A stretch of DNA of 64,000 nt, from NCBI GenBank assembly GCA_965203175.1, contig OZ241867.1, positions 5,600,001-5,664,000 on the forward strand, read 5' to 3'. Below the pieces are notes generated by a model that had not been told where the DNA came from, searched no databases, and was given only the letters and a program-made list of their open reading frames with translations. The DNA is from Candidatus Latescibacterota bacterium (GTDB lineage Bacteria; Latescibacterota; UBA2968; UBA8231). The position numbers and the translations under genes are program-made. Positions 36,668 through 45,870 of this stretch are shown here, in pieces (within the stretch, counting starts at the first letter, position 1; each line of letters opens with the position of its first letter).

Positions 36668-37905
36668 GTAAAGAGGATAATAGCGCGATGGGACGCGGCC
36701 GATTGATCTGGATTATTGCTCTGTGCGGCCTACTATCAGGCTGTTTTCTCTTTCCCACGGCCGTCAAGCGCGAGACCCTGCTGTTGCCGGTCATCGAGTC
36801 CGCGGAAACGGAAGAGATCTATAGTCTGCAAGAGAATGGCGCGACCTCTTGGGAACTAGCCGGTCTGCGCCTCGAGGTAGAGCACATGACCGACGCCAAG
36901 CTCAATGCCCTCTTTCCCGACGAATCCGGGCGCGGCAAGTACTCGACCAATCCCTATACCTACGGCAACTGGACCGATACACGCCTAGGTTATACGCCCA
37001 ACCGCTTCACCGTTTTCAAAGTCACTATTTTCAACCGCACTCAGCCCAAAGTCATGCTCGACCCATTGGCAGCCGTATTAGAGACCGACCAAGGTCAGTT
37101 CCTGCGCGCCTACGGCATCACTTCGTCGTCGCCCTATGGCAATTTCGAAAACTACTACCGCTCGCAGCGGGGCCAGAGCGGCAACGAATTCTATCGCTTC
37201 GAACTGCGCATGGGCATGGTGCGCAGTTATAACTACGAGGAGGACCAGCCCATATTTAAGGGCGAAAATTACGGCGGTTTTATCGTCTTCGATCCGGTTT
37301 ATCCCGAAACCGAGGAAGTAGTGCTGATTCTGAAGGACTTCGTCTTGCGTTTCGGGGCTTTTGACAAACCCGTGGAAAAGCGGGATCTGCGCTTTGTCTT
37401 TAAACACAAAGTGGAAAACCTCGTCGTGCAAAAGGGATCAACCAGCGGCAAAACCGCTGAAACCCTGATGATTTCCGAGAATGGCCCCAGCCAGATCATG
37501 GGCAACCTGCCCGGCGAGCGCACCCGCAGCCTGAGTGCCATTCGGGCCGTGGTGCGGCAGCGCTTGTCGGGTCTCAACCGCTGCTTCGTCGAAGCATTCG
37601 ACAAAGGCGAAGCCACCGAAGGTGCCGTGACCATGCGCTTCACCATTGAGGTGGGCGGAGCCGTTTCCGAAGCCAAGGCCACCAACTCGAGCGTGGGCAG
37701 CCAAGCCGTGGACCAGTGCATGCAGCAAGAAATTATGCGGTGGGCTTTCCGACCCATTGATATAGGGGCACTACAAACGCCAGCGACTAGTGCCACGAGT
37801 GGAGAGAATGGACCGGCGAGTGGTCCTGGAGCGCGGGCCACAGCACCTCGGTTGACGCCACTGCCTGTATTGGTGACGTATCCCTTCACTTTCAAGGTGG
37901 AATAG
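36664..37905 (+). CDS. Lipoprotein with C-terminal TonB-C/AgmX-PglI-like domain
   Basis: Lipobox LSGC. C-terminus IRAVVRQRLSGLNRCF...GAVTMRFTI..GAV...VDQCM...RWAF...VTYPFTF. Confidence 0.8.
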   Translation: MSKEDNSAMGRGRLIWIIALCGLLSGCFLFPTAVKRETLLLPVIESAETEEIYSLQENGATSWELAGLRLEVEHMTDAKLNALFPDESGRGKYSTNPYTYGNWTDTRLGYTPNRFTVFKVTIFNRTQPKVMLDPLAAVLETDQGQFLRAYGITSSSPYGNFENYYRSQRGQSGNEFYRFELRMGMVRSYNYEEDQPIFKGENYGGFIVFDPVYPETEEVVLILKDFVLRFGAFDKPVEKRDLRFVFKHKVENLVVQKGSTSGKTAETLMISENGPSQIMGNLPGERTRSLSAIRAVVRQRLSGLNRCFVEAFDKGEATEGAVTMRFTIEVGGAVSEAKATNSSVGSQAVDQCMQQEIMRWAFRPIDIGALQTPATSATSGENGPASGPGARATAPRLTPLPVLVTYPFTFKVE

Positions 37906-38372
37906 TGCGATTCAGCATACTCTTTGCAATTTTCTTTTTTCTCGCCGCTTGCGGCCGGGAAGAAGTGCCGCTGCTTGCGGTGCATCAGATATTGAACAAA
38001 ACCGGAGTAGCCCTAAAGGAGCGCCTGGGCGAACCGGATTTCGACTTTGCGCGCTCCGCGGAAGTAACCACTCTACAGTGGAGAGATGCGGATGGAGATA
38101 GCACCTGGGTTTACGTGGATTTGCTACACGACAACGCGTCTTATGTGACCTATACGTTCAAAAAAATGGACCCCTTTGATACGGCGGAAGCCCTGCGGCG
38201 CATTGGCCTGTCCGTGCCGGAACAAGAGCCGGAACAAGTATGGGAAAACGGCTCAAAGCGCTGGAAGCCCTTCGGCCAATACCACCGTCTGGTGGTCAAT
38301 CCAGTTACCAAACTCGTCACTGTAAGCCTCGACATCGAGTCGGAAGCACAACGAGAAATAGCTGAAAAATGA
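37905..38372 (+). CDS. Small lipoprotein, unknown function
   Basis: Lipobox LAAC. Overlaps both neighbouring genes. Confidence 0.8.
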   Translation: MRFSILFAIFFFLAACGREEVPLLAVHQILNKTGVALKERLGEPDFDFARSAEVTTLQWRDADGDSTWVYVDLLHDNASYVTYTFKKMDPFDTAEALRRIGLSVPEQEPEQVWENGSKRWKPFGQYHRLVVNPVTKLVTVSLDIESEAQREIAEK

Positions 38373-40420
38373 AAGTCAGGCCATCGGTAGTGGGTTTTGT
38401 CCTAGCGATGCTCTCGCCTGCGGCTGCGGCCGAGTGGCAGATAGCGCAGTGGGACCAGACCGTCCACTACCGGCTTACCTTCAATGCGGCTGAAGCCACA
38501 CAGGCCGCGCTGCGTCTGACCGCGGTCAATGAATACGAAGTTTTCCTCAACGGAGACTCAGTGGGCAGCGATGGCGACTGGACAACCGTCGAGGAACTGG
38601 CGGTCGACCTGCAAAGCGGTGACAACCATCTAGCCGTGCGCGCGGAAAACTGGGGACAGGGCAACGGCAGTGGTCTGATCGTCGAAGTGGTCGCCGGCGA
38701 CCAAGTGTGGCTGAGTACTACCAGCGGCCTGCAGGAGGTCTGGCGCTGGAGCGGCGATCCCCAGCAAGGCACCGACTGGCTGACGGCAGATATGAGCGAG
38801 GTAGCAGGGTGGACAACGGTACAGCGCGGTTGGCTGGAGCGCCCCAGGCTTTCCGGTTGGGACGACACCCTCGGAGCGGAAGTAATTGCCGGCTACCCGG
38901 GAGGCGTTGACGTGGGCGGCGACGGGCTGAGTTTGCGCACAGTCGAGGGCGAAAACCTCGCACTTAGTCAGTCGGCCAATCGACCGGAAGTATTCGACGG
39001 CCAAGCTGAAAGCGTCTGGACGATCGAACCCGACGAACTCAATAGCTTTGCCCGCGTCGATCTCGGTATCCAGCGCCTGCTCGGCGAAGTGCGGGTCTTT
39101 ACGGCCGGAGAGAATGCCGAAGATTTTGCCGCCAACACGCTGCAGGGATATGCCGTCGAGGTCAGCAACGACGGTTTTCAATGGCGCGAAGTCGGTGCCA
39201 TCCGCGGCATTGCCGATTTTGCGCAAACCGCCGTCGCCTTTGAGCCGATCTTCGGCCGCTTTTTGCGCGTGGTCGCCACCGAACTCGATCCACTGCGGCG
39301 GGCCCGCATCGCCGATATTCAGGTGACCGGTCAGGGAGTAGCCCCTGCGGGTACGTTCACTTCGGCACCACTAGCTCTAGGTTTGCCCGACCAGCGCAAG
39401 ATCTACGACCGCTTCCGCTGGACCGGACAGCGGCCCGCAGGCACCGCCCTGAGCATGCAGTTTCGCACTTCGAACGACGGCGTCTCCTGGAGCGACTGGA
39501 GCCCTGAAACCAATGCTTCAGAAGCCGATCTGCAGGTACCCGAACCGAGGGACTTGCTACAGTATCGAGTCAATTTCTCCACCGATTTCGAAGACGTCGG
39601 TCCGCGCTTGGATAGTCTAATCATTGCTTTCGCCGAGCAAACGCCCACCTCGGCCGCTCGCGTCCGGGTGGAACCGAACAAGGGAGTAGTAGGACGCGAG
39701 ACCGAATTCGTCTACCACCTCGCAGTCGAATTCGACGAAGGCGATTTAGGCGTGGAGCGCATCCGCATCGACATGCCGAGCCTAGCCGAGGTAACAGAAA
39801 TTGTGCCTCCCCCAGGGATGGAAGTCGCCCGCACCACCGTTTCGGGAGACGCCCTGGAGTTGGTATGGGCCGATCTCTGGCGTCAGTCCGGCCAGTTGCA
39901 ACTGCGTTTCAGGGCGCGGTTGCTGACCAACCAGTTCGCCTTTTCCACGCGCCTTTTCAGCCCAGAGGCAGCTATCTCACTCGATGCCGAGGAGGATGAC
40001 GCCTCTGATCCCGAAACCGGTGCCCCTTACTCCTGGAGTGTGCGAGCATTCGACGCGATTGGGCCGATATTGGACCAAGTGCGGACAAACCCGCCCGTTT
40101 TCACCCCCAACGGCGACAACATCAACGACCATACCATAGTTGAATTCGTTCTCTCTCGGATCAGTGTGCCCCAGGAAATAGACGTGGACATTTTCGACCT
40201 AGGAGGCCGCTTGGTGCGCCAGCTAGACACCGGCGCGCTGCGCGGCGGCCAATACGTGCGCCCTCCAGCCGGAAGCGACCCTGTGCGCAGCCCGGGTTTT
40301 TGGGACGGCCGCGACGACGATGGCACTTTGGTGGTGCCGGGTTTGTACCTAGTGCGAGTGCGGGCCCAATTGGACCAGGGCGACAAAACCGCCCTGTGCT
40401 CCGTAGCGGTGGTGTACTGA
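38369..40420 (+). CDS. Exported multi-beta-sandwich protein (discoidin-like) with type-B-CTD/FlgD-Ig-like tail, paralog 1
   Basis: Signal peptide, GENLA...discoidin-like segment, PVFTPNGDNIND...IFDLGGRLVR...WDGRDDDG..V.PGLY. Confidence 0.85.
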   Translation: MKVRPSVVGFVLAMLSPAAAAEWQIAQWDQTVHYRLTFNAAEATQAALRLTAVNEYEVFLNGDSVGSDGDWTTVEELAVDLQSGDNHLAVRAENWGQGNGSGLIVEVVAGDQVWLSTTSGLQEVWRWSGDPQQGTDWLTADMSEVAGWTTVQRGWLERPRLSGWDDTLGAEVIAGYPGGVDVGGDGLSLRTVEGENLALSQSANRPEVFDGQAESVWTIEPDELNSFARVDLGIQRLLGEVRVFTAGENAEDFAANTLQGYAVEVSNDGFQWREVGAIRGIADFAQTAVAFEPIFGRFLRVVATELDPLRRARIADIQVTGQGVAPAGTFTSAPLALGLPDQRKIYDRFRWTGQRPAGTALSMQFRTSNDGVSWSDWSPETNASEADLQVPEPRDLLQYRVNFSTDFEDVGPRLDSLIIAFAEQTPTSAARVRVEPNKGVVGRETEFVYHLAVEFDEGDLGVERIRIDMPSLAEVTEIVPPPGMEVARTTVSGDALELVWADLWRQSGQLQLRFRARLLTNQFAFSTRLFSPEAAISLDAEEDDASDPETGAPYSWSVRAFDAIGPILDQVRTNPPVFTPNGDNINDHTIVEFVLSRISVPQEIDVDIFDLGGRLVRQLDTGALRGGQYVRPPAGSDPVRSPGFWDGRDDDGTLVVPGLYLVRVRAQLDQGDKTALCSVAVVY

Positions 40421-40421
40421 G

Positions 40422-43139
40422 ATGCGCTGCTTTAAAACAACCTGCCTGCTTTTGCTGATGCTGACCGGCTTTTTTGACCGGTCCCACGGCCAGTACCTCA
40501 ACCGCGAATACTATCCTCTGTGGGCCAACGAGGATTATGAGAACTACGCTCATTTTTCTTACCGCGATATCCGTCTGCGACGCTTAGCGGGCGGCTTCTT
40601 CCTCGACGAGGAGACGCGCGTTTACGACCCCTTCGGCTTCACCTTGCTCAACGGTGCCGATCTCTACCGCACCCAGGAATTCCGCACCATTTCGCCCTTC
40701 GGCGGCAGCATCATTTTCAAAGACGACGACTACCGAGACCTTTTTCAGAATCTGGTCGTCGCCAGTGATTCCTATCAGGACTGGGGTTCGTCGGTCATCC
40801 TCGGCCGGGCCGTGGAGGCTCGCTTCAAACCCATGATGCTATCGATTAACCGCATGAATGGCATCCGCTGGGACTCCAACTCGCAGCGCAACCGCTTCAC
40901 CATCCTGGGCTCGCGCATTTCCGAACCCCTGCGCAATTTCGCCTCTGCGCGGCCGCTCGACTTTGTGACCTATCTCTTCGGCGGACACTGGAAAACCCAG
41001 ATCGGCAGTGTCTTGCAATTTGGTGCCTCGTACGTCAACACCCATATCACCGACACCTTGCTGGGACGCCGGGAGGGATCTTTCCGCAAAGGCGCTTTCC
41101 CCACCAACTTGGTCACACCCAGCGAAGTCTTTCTCGCCATCAGCGATGATTCGCCCGCAGATGGTGTTGGTGCCCAAGTCCACGATGTACAAATGATCGT
41201 CAACGGCCAGCCCAGCCAGACAGCGCCGGAAGTGCGCCGAATCGCCGGCCTCGTAGCCCTAGGCAAAGAGCGGCGCATGATTCCCGAACGCCTGCGTTTG
41301 GAAGACGTACCACATCTGCGCCGCCGTCAGGCCTGGCTACCGCACACCGTTGGTTACGGCAGTCTTTTCGGTTCGCGCGGCGGCCTGTTTAACAATGCCG
41401 AATCAGTGGAGCTAGACGGCGAAAATGTCCTCCAAGCCGACGGCGACGACGTGTTGCTGTTCCGCTTTGAAGTGCCGCCCGAGGCCGAACATATCTCCTT
41501 TAGGGTCCTAGCGGCCAACGACTACGCCATCGATCTAGGTGCCCCCATCGGCCGAAGCGGCGTGGTCGGCTCAGTGTGGGAAGACTGGCGCAATGTGGTG
41601 CGGGCCGCAGGTAACGTCCGCAACGGTTCGAATATGGGATGGGTTGAGTTCGACTACGGCTTTCCCTCGGGTCTGGAACTCTACGGAGCCAATCTCGAAC
41701 TGGATTTGCTCGGCTTCGAAGTGCGCGGCGACCTCAATACCAGCACCCAGCACCTCATCTTTCCCGTCCAAGAAGGCCGACGGCACAAGCGGCCTGTAAG
41801 TGCTTATTCGCTACAGGGCAAGCGCCTGTTCGCGAACTTCGCCGTGGGCTGGGAGCTGTTCCGGGTCCCACCCCAATACCGCACCTCTTTCACTTATCTC
41901 GACGAATTCATACCCGCCCTGAAAGAATTCGAACTAGTTGACGACAACGACGATTTGGACCCCTGGCCCGATTCCTGGGAACACGACGATCCCCTAGAAC
42001 TGCGCTTCCAGAACGACATCACCGAGGCGGCCATTGAAGTCAAAGAAAACCTCTTTCCCGGCTCCCTACGCGACGTCGGCTTCGGGGTATTTCCCGGTCT
42101 AGACGACAACGGCGACGGCATCTTCGACACCAATGTCAACAACAATCTTCTGCCCGATTATCAAGAGCCTTTCCTCATGTACTTCGTCGAGTCCGAGGAC
42201 TTCGTGTACGGCGACGATTTCAATAACAACGGCGTAGTTGACTCGCGCGAAAACGACAACAAACCCGACTACCCGTACGAGCGCGACAGCAAAGGTCAGC
42301 ATGTATTCTTTACCTTCAACCCCACTTCCCAGCTCGAGTTGCGGCTGGGCGGACACGCTACCGACCAGATTGCCGGGGGCGGTCGCAATCGCGCCTTGTA
42401 CACCAAACTCGAGTACAGCCGACCCCTGTTTCACAATATCCACCTAAAGCTGCGCCACCGCAGCAAACGCGTACAGGACGATATTCCCGATCCGCTCTAT
42501 CAATACGTATCCAATCCGCTGCTGCGGGGCCGCTACGAAATCGGCTTGCGCGACGATCCCTTGCGGTATCGCAACAGTCATGCCCATCTGAGCTATGTAA
42601 AATTTAACTACACCGGCGTCGACCACCTGACGCTCAACAATACCTGGCGCTGCGAACTCAACCACCGCTTTGCCGATACCTTTGACGATGGTCAGACACA
42701 AAATTCGGGCAATGACTGGTCTTTGTCCCTAGTAAATCGGGCCGACTACGTCTGGCAACCGCGCCAGAAATTGACGCTGACCCCCATGCTCAAATGGACC
42801 TATCATCGCTCTGACTCAGCACTGTTGGGCGACCTAGCCGACGAGACCAACCTAGCGCCAATCGTGCGGCTCGATTTTTTCTTGACCGAACGCACCACCA
42901 TAAAGGCGGGCATCCAGGGCTTCCCCCTCCTGAAGCACCGCTTTCGCGATGCCGTGGCACCCTCCAACGATTTCAATGCCTGGCACTATATCATCGGCTT
43001 GCAAAACAACAGCAGCTACACCGGCTACCGGATCAGCATGAATCTAGGACTGCGAAAATCCTTTACCGACTTTGTCCACTCCAGCACGACGGGCACAGTA
43101 GAGACTTCGGAATTTTTCCTGCAGGTGAGGACGAATTGA
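40422..43139 (+). CDS. Large exported protein, predicted outer-membrane beta-barrel with Asp/Asn-rich loops, paralog 1
   Basis: Signal peptide, alternating amphipathic strands, FPGLDDNGDGIFDTN...DFNNNGVVDSRENDNKPDYPY. Confidence 0.7.
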   Translation: MRCFKTTCLLLLMLTGFFDRSHGQYLNREYYPLWANEDYENYAHFSYRDIRLRRLAGGFFLDEETRVYDPFGFTLLNGADLYRTQEFRTISPFGGSIIFKDDDYRDLFQNLVVASDSYQDWGSSVILGRAVEARFKPMMLSINRMNGIRWDSNSQRNRFTILGSRISEPLRNFASARPLDFVTYLFGGHWKTQIGSVLQFGASYVNTHITDTLLGRREGSFRKGAFPTNLVTPSEVFLAISDDSPADGVGAQVHDVQMIVNGQPSQTAPEVRRIAGLVALGKERRMIPERLRLEDVPHLRRRQAWLPHTVGYGSLFGSRGGLFNNAESVELDGENVLQADGDDVLLFRFEVPPEAEHISFRVLAANDYAIDLGAPIGRSGVVGSVWEDWRNVVRAAGNVRNGSNMGWVEFDYGFPSGLELYGANLELDLLGFEVRGDLNTSTQHLIFPVQEGRRHKRPVSAYSLQGKRLFANFAVGWELFRVPPQYRTSFTYLDEFIPALKEFELVDDNDDLDPWPDSWEHDDPLELRFQNDITEAAIEVKENLFPGSLRDVGFGVFPGLDDNGDGIFDTNVNNNLLPDYQEPFLMYFVESEDFVYGDDFNNNGVVDSRENDNKPDYPYERDSKGQHVFFTFNPTSQLELRLGGHATDQIAGGGRNRALYTKLEYSRPLFHNIHLKLRHRSKRVQDDIPDPLYQYVSNPLLRGRYEIGLRDDPLRYRNSHAHLSYVKFNYTGVDHLTLNNTWRCELNHRFADTFDDGQTQNSGNDWSLSLVNRADYVWQPRQKLTLTPMLKWTYHRSDSALLGDLADETNLAPIVRLDFFLTERTTIKAGIQGFPLLKHRFRDAVAPSNDFNAWHYIIGLQNNSSYTGYRISMNLGLRKSFTDFVHSSTTGTVETSEFFLQVRTN

Positions 43140-43143
43140 GTCC

Positions 43144-45870
43144 ATGTTAAAAGCGATCTCAACAGGCGCGCTTATAGCGGCCCTAGCAACGACGGTGTGT
43201 GGCGAAGGCGACCCCAGACTTATCGAGCCCCATACCACCGGTGCCCGCCTAATGCTCTACCGTCCCGGCCTGCTCACCTACGACAACTACGGCCTAGAGG
43301 GCTACCGGACCTGGCCTCGCAATGTCATCACGCGCACGGCCAACCCCGTGTACGACGAGTTCGGCGACTTTCTGGTAAACGGCGTCGAGGTGTACCATCT
43401 GCGGGAGAACCGCCGCTTCGACGATCCAGCCCAAGTGTTCAGCGGCAGCACCATTGCCAAGCCGAACAATTACGAGGGGTTTCTCAACCGCCTGATGGTA
43501 GCCGACGACAGCTATAATAACTGGCAGACGCGGCTGATCATCGGCGACCGCATCCGCACCCATTTCTCGCCGTTGATCCTAGATCTGGCAGCCTTCAATG
43601 GCATCCGCTGGGACCTGGCCAACGAAAGGCACAACTTCTCGGTCCTAGCCTCGCGCATGGACAAGCCCGTACTTTCCCGGGAGGACGCCACCGCCTTGAG
43701 CACCGCGGCCTTCGCTGCGTACCTGTTGGGCGGCCACTGGCAATGGAACTGGCGCACCATCGACCTGAGTACCTCTTATGTGAACCTCTTCCGCATTGAC
43801 ACTCGCTCGCCGCCTGACTGGAACGGCATGAAGGGTCAGTTGCCCAATCGGGTCCAGGTAATCGATTACTTGGTGGTCCGCATTGAAGACACCTCGCCCT
43901 TGGACGGCAACGGAGCCCGGATCTTCGATGTCAATATCCTGCTCAACGGCGAGCGACGAGACGACATTGAATCTTTTGTCACGCGCCACAACACAGAGGA
44001 TTTCAATCCGAACTTTCCCAACAAGGACTTCTTCTTCAAACGGCCAATTCCGCCCTACGTGGAAGTGTTAAAGGGCCACCGCTTGGGCACCTATCCACTG
44101 CAGACACCCGAACCCGATGGATCCTTCCGCGCCGATGGCAAGGACTATGTCCTGTTCTGGTTCCCGCTGCCCGAGGACGAGGAAGTGGTGTCGGCCTCCT
44201 TCGAGGCGCTGCTGAGCGGCAATTATCGCGTCAGTGTGTCGGAGATCTACGCCGTCGATCCGCGCGAATCCCGCAATGAACCGGCGCAGCGCAACCGCGC
44301 AACTTTTTACAAAAGTTTGGCCGGCTCCAAAGGACGTGGAGCCGCCGGCGCCGATGTCGAGCAGATCCGCTTTGACTACGGCCGCCAGACCGGTCTCACC
44401 TTGGCTGGCCTAGGTCTGAGCACGGACGTAAAGGGCTTCCGCTTCAAGGGCGAGTGGGCCCACAGCTTCAACTTCCTCCAATACCCTGTCCACCATCACC
44501 GCGGCCAACGCCACGATAGTAGAGGCCACGCCTATTTGCTCAATATCGAGCGGGAATTCACCCCGAAAATTGCCGTTGGCGGGGAACTGTTCCACCTCGG
44601 CCCCGAGTACCGCACCCAGCTTTCGGTGACCGACCTGACGCTAGGAGCGTACGCTGCCTCTGGCACCGGGCCTTTCGCCGGCGAGCTGGGGTCGACCGAC
44701 GAGAGCCTGAACAATACCCTCGACCTAAACACAGTTGACGACAACGACGACAAAGATCCTTTTCCAGACGATTTCTTCATACCCAGTTTCGAGGACCACA
44801 ACGGGATTTTCCCCGGTCTAGACAAGGACCAAGACGGCACCCCCGACACCAACCGCAATCGCAACCAAGTACCTGATTATTTCGAACCCTTTTTGCTCTA
44901 CGACGTCAACCCGGACGATTTCGACTACGGCGACGACCTGAATAACAATGGCGTCATTGACGTGCGCGAAAACGACAACAAGCCGGACTACCCGTATGAC
45001 CTCAACCGCAAGGGCTACCATCTCTTTGTGCGCTTTCAGCCCCAGCGGGCGCTGGAACTGACCCTCGGGCGCTACGATATGGAGGCCATCTGGGGTGGCC
45101 AGCGGGCGGATGTGTGGTACGCCAAAGCCGAGTACCAGCGGCGCTTCGGCAGTTGGGGCGAAGTGCGGGCAGTGGACTTCTTAAAGCGAGTGCGGGACGA
45201 TATCCCCGACGGCGTATTCCGCTTTGGCGACGTGGCCAATTTCGACATCTTTAATCCGCGTGCCACCATTGAGACCTTTGTCGAAGACGAATTGTTAATG
45301 CGGGACAGCGCCGTCAACACTGCCTTCGTCGACTTCGCTTTCCGGGGAGTGCGCAACCTCTTTGTCGGTGCCAATCTCAAGTTCGAAGCCAACCAACAGC
45401 TCAATGCCAAGAGCCGCGACAATGCGATTCAACTTTGGACTTCGGTGCTGCGAGCAGATTACCGCTGGCGTCTGGGCGGGCTAGAAGTATCGCCGCGCTA
45501 CAAGCTCATGCTGCGCCGCCGCACTGACGACGGGGGACGCATTCAGCCAGTGTCCGAGGTCTTCGGCTTCCCCATGCTAGTGGCCGACTTCAAATTCACC
45601 GAACGCACCTTCCTGCGCGGCGGTGTCCAAGGGCTATCCGCGCTGCCTAGCATCTACCGCAATGGCCAAAATGAGGACCAAGACTACAACACCCGCGATG
45701 CGCTTTTCATGCTGGTCAATCGCTTTGAATACGCTGGTTTCGATATGGCGCTTACAGCCGGCTACGAGATCAGCCGACGCCGCATGAAGGACCGCACCCG
45801 AAAATTCGAGGATATCAATTTCGAACAGTTTTTTATCCGCATGGTCGTGGGACTGGAGCCGGTACAATGA
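43144..45870 (+). CDS. Large exported protein, predicted outer-membrane barrel, paralog 2
   Basis: Same motif series: YDEFGD.L.NG, DSYNNW, NGIRWD, FPGLDKDQDGTPDTN, ENDNKPDYPY. Confidence 0.7.
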   Translation: MLKAISTGALIAALATTVCGEGDPRLIEPHTTGARLMLYRPGLLTYDNYGLEGYRTWPRNVITRTANPVYDEFGDFLVNGVEVYHLRENRRFDDPAQVFSGSTIAKPNNYEGFLNRLMVADDSYNNWQTRLIIGDRIRTHFSPLILDLAAFNGIRWDLANERHNFSVLASRMDKPVLSREDATALSTAAFAAYLLGGHWQWNWRTIDLSTSYVNLFRIDTRSPPDWNGMKGQLPNRVQVIDYLVVRIEDTSPLDGNGARIFDVNILLNGERRDDIESFVTRHNTEDFNPNFPNKDFFFKRPIPPYVEVLKGHRLGTYPLQTPEPDGSFRADGKDYVLFWFPLPEDEEVVSASFEALLSGNYRVSVSEIYAVDPRESRNEPAQRNRATFYKSLAGSKGRGAAGADVEQIRFDYGRQTGLTLAGLGLSTDVKGFRFKGEWAHSFNFLQYPVHHHRGQRHDSRGHAYLLNIEREFTPKIAVGGELFHLGPEYRTQLSVTDLTLGAYAASGTGPFAGELGSTDESLNNTLDLNTVDDNDDKDPFPDDFFIPSFEDHNGIFPGLDKDQDGTPDTNRNRNQVPDYFEPFLLYDVNPDDFDYGDDLNNNGVIDVRENDNKPDYPYDLNRKGYHLFVRFQPQRALELTLGRYDMEAIWGGQRADVWYAKAEYQRRFGSWGEVRAVDFLKRVRDDIPDGVFRFGDVANFDIFNPRATIETFVEDELLMRDSAVNTAFVDFAFRGVRNLFVGANLKFEANQQLNAKSRDNAIQLWTSVLRADYRWRLGGLEVSPRYKLMLRRRTDDGGRIQPVSEVFGFPMLVADFKFTERTFLRGGVQGLSALPSIYRNGQNEDQDYNTRDALFMLVNRFEYAGFDMALTAGYEISRRRMKDRTRKFEDINFEQFFIRMVVGLEPVQ

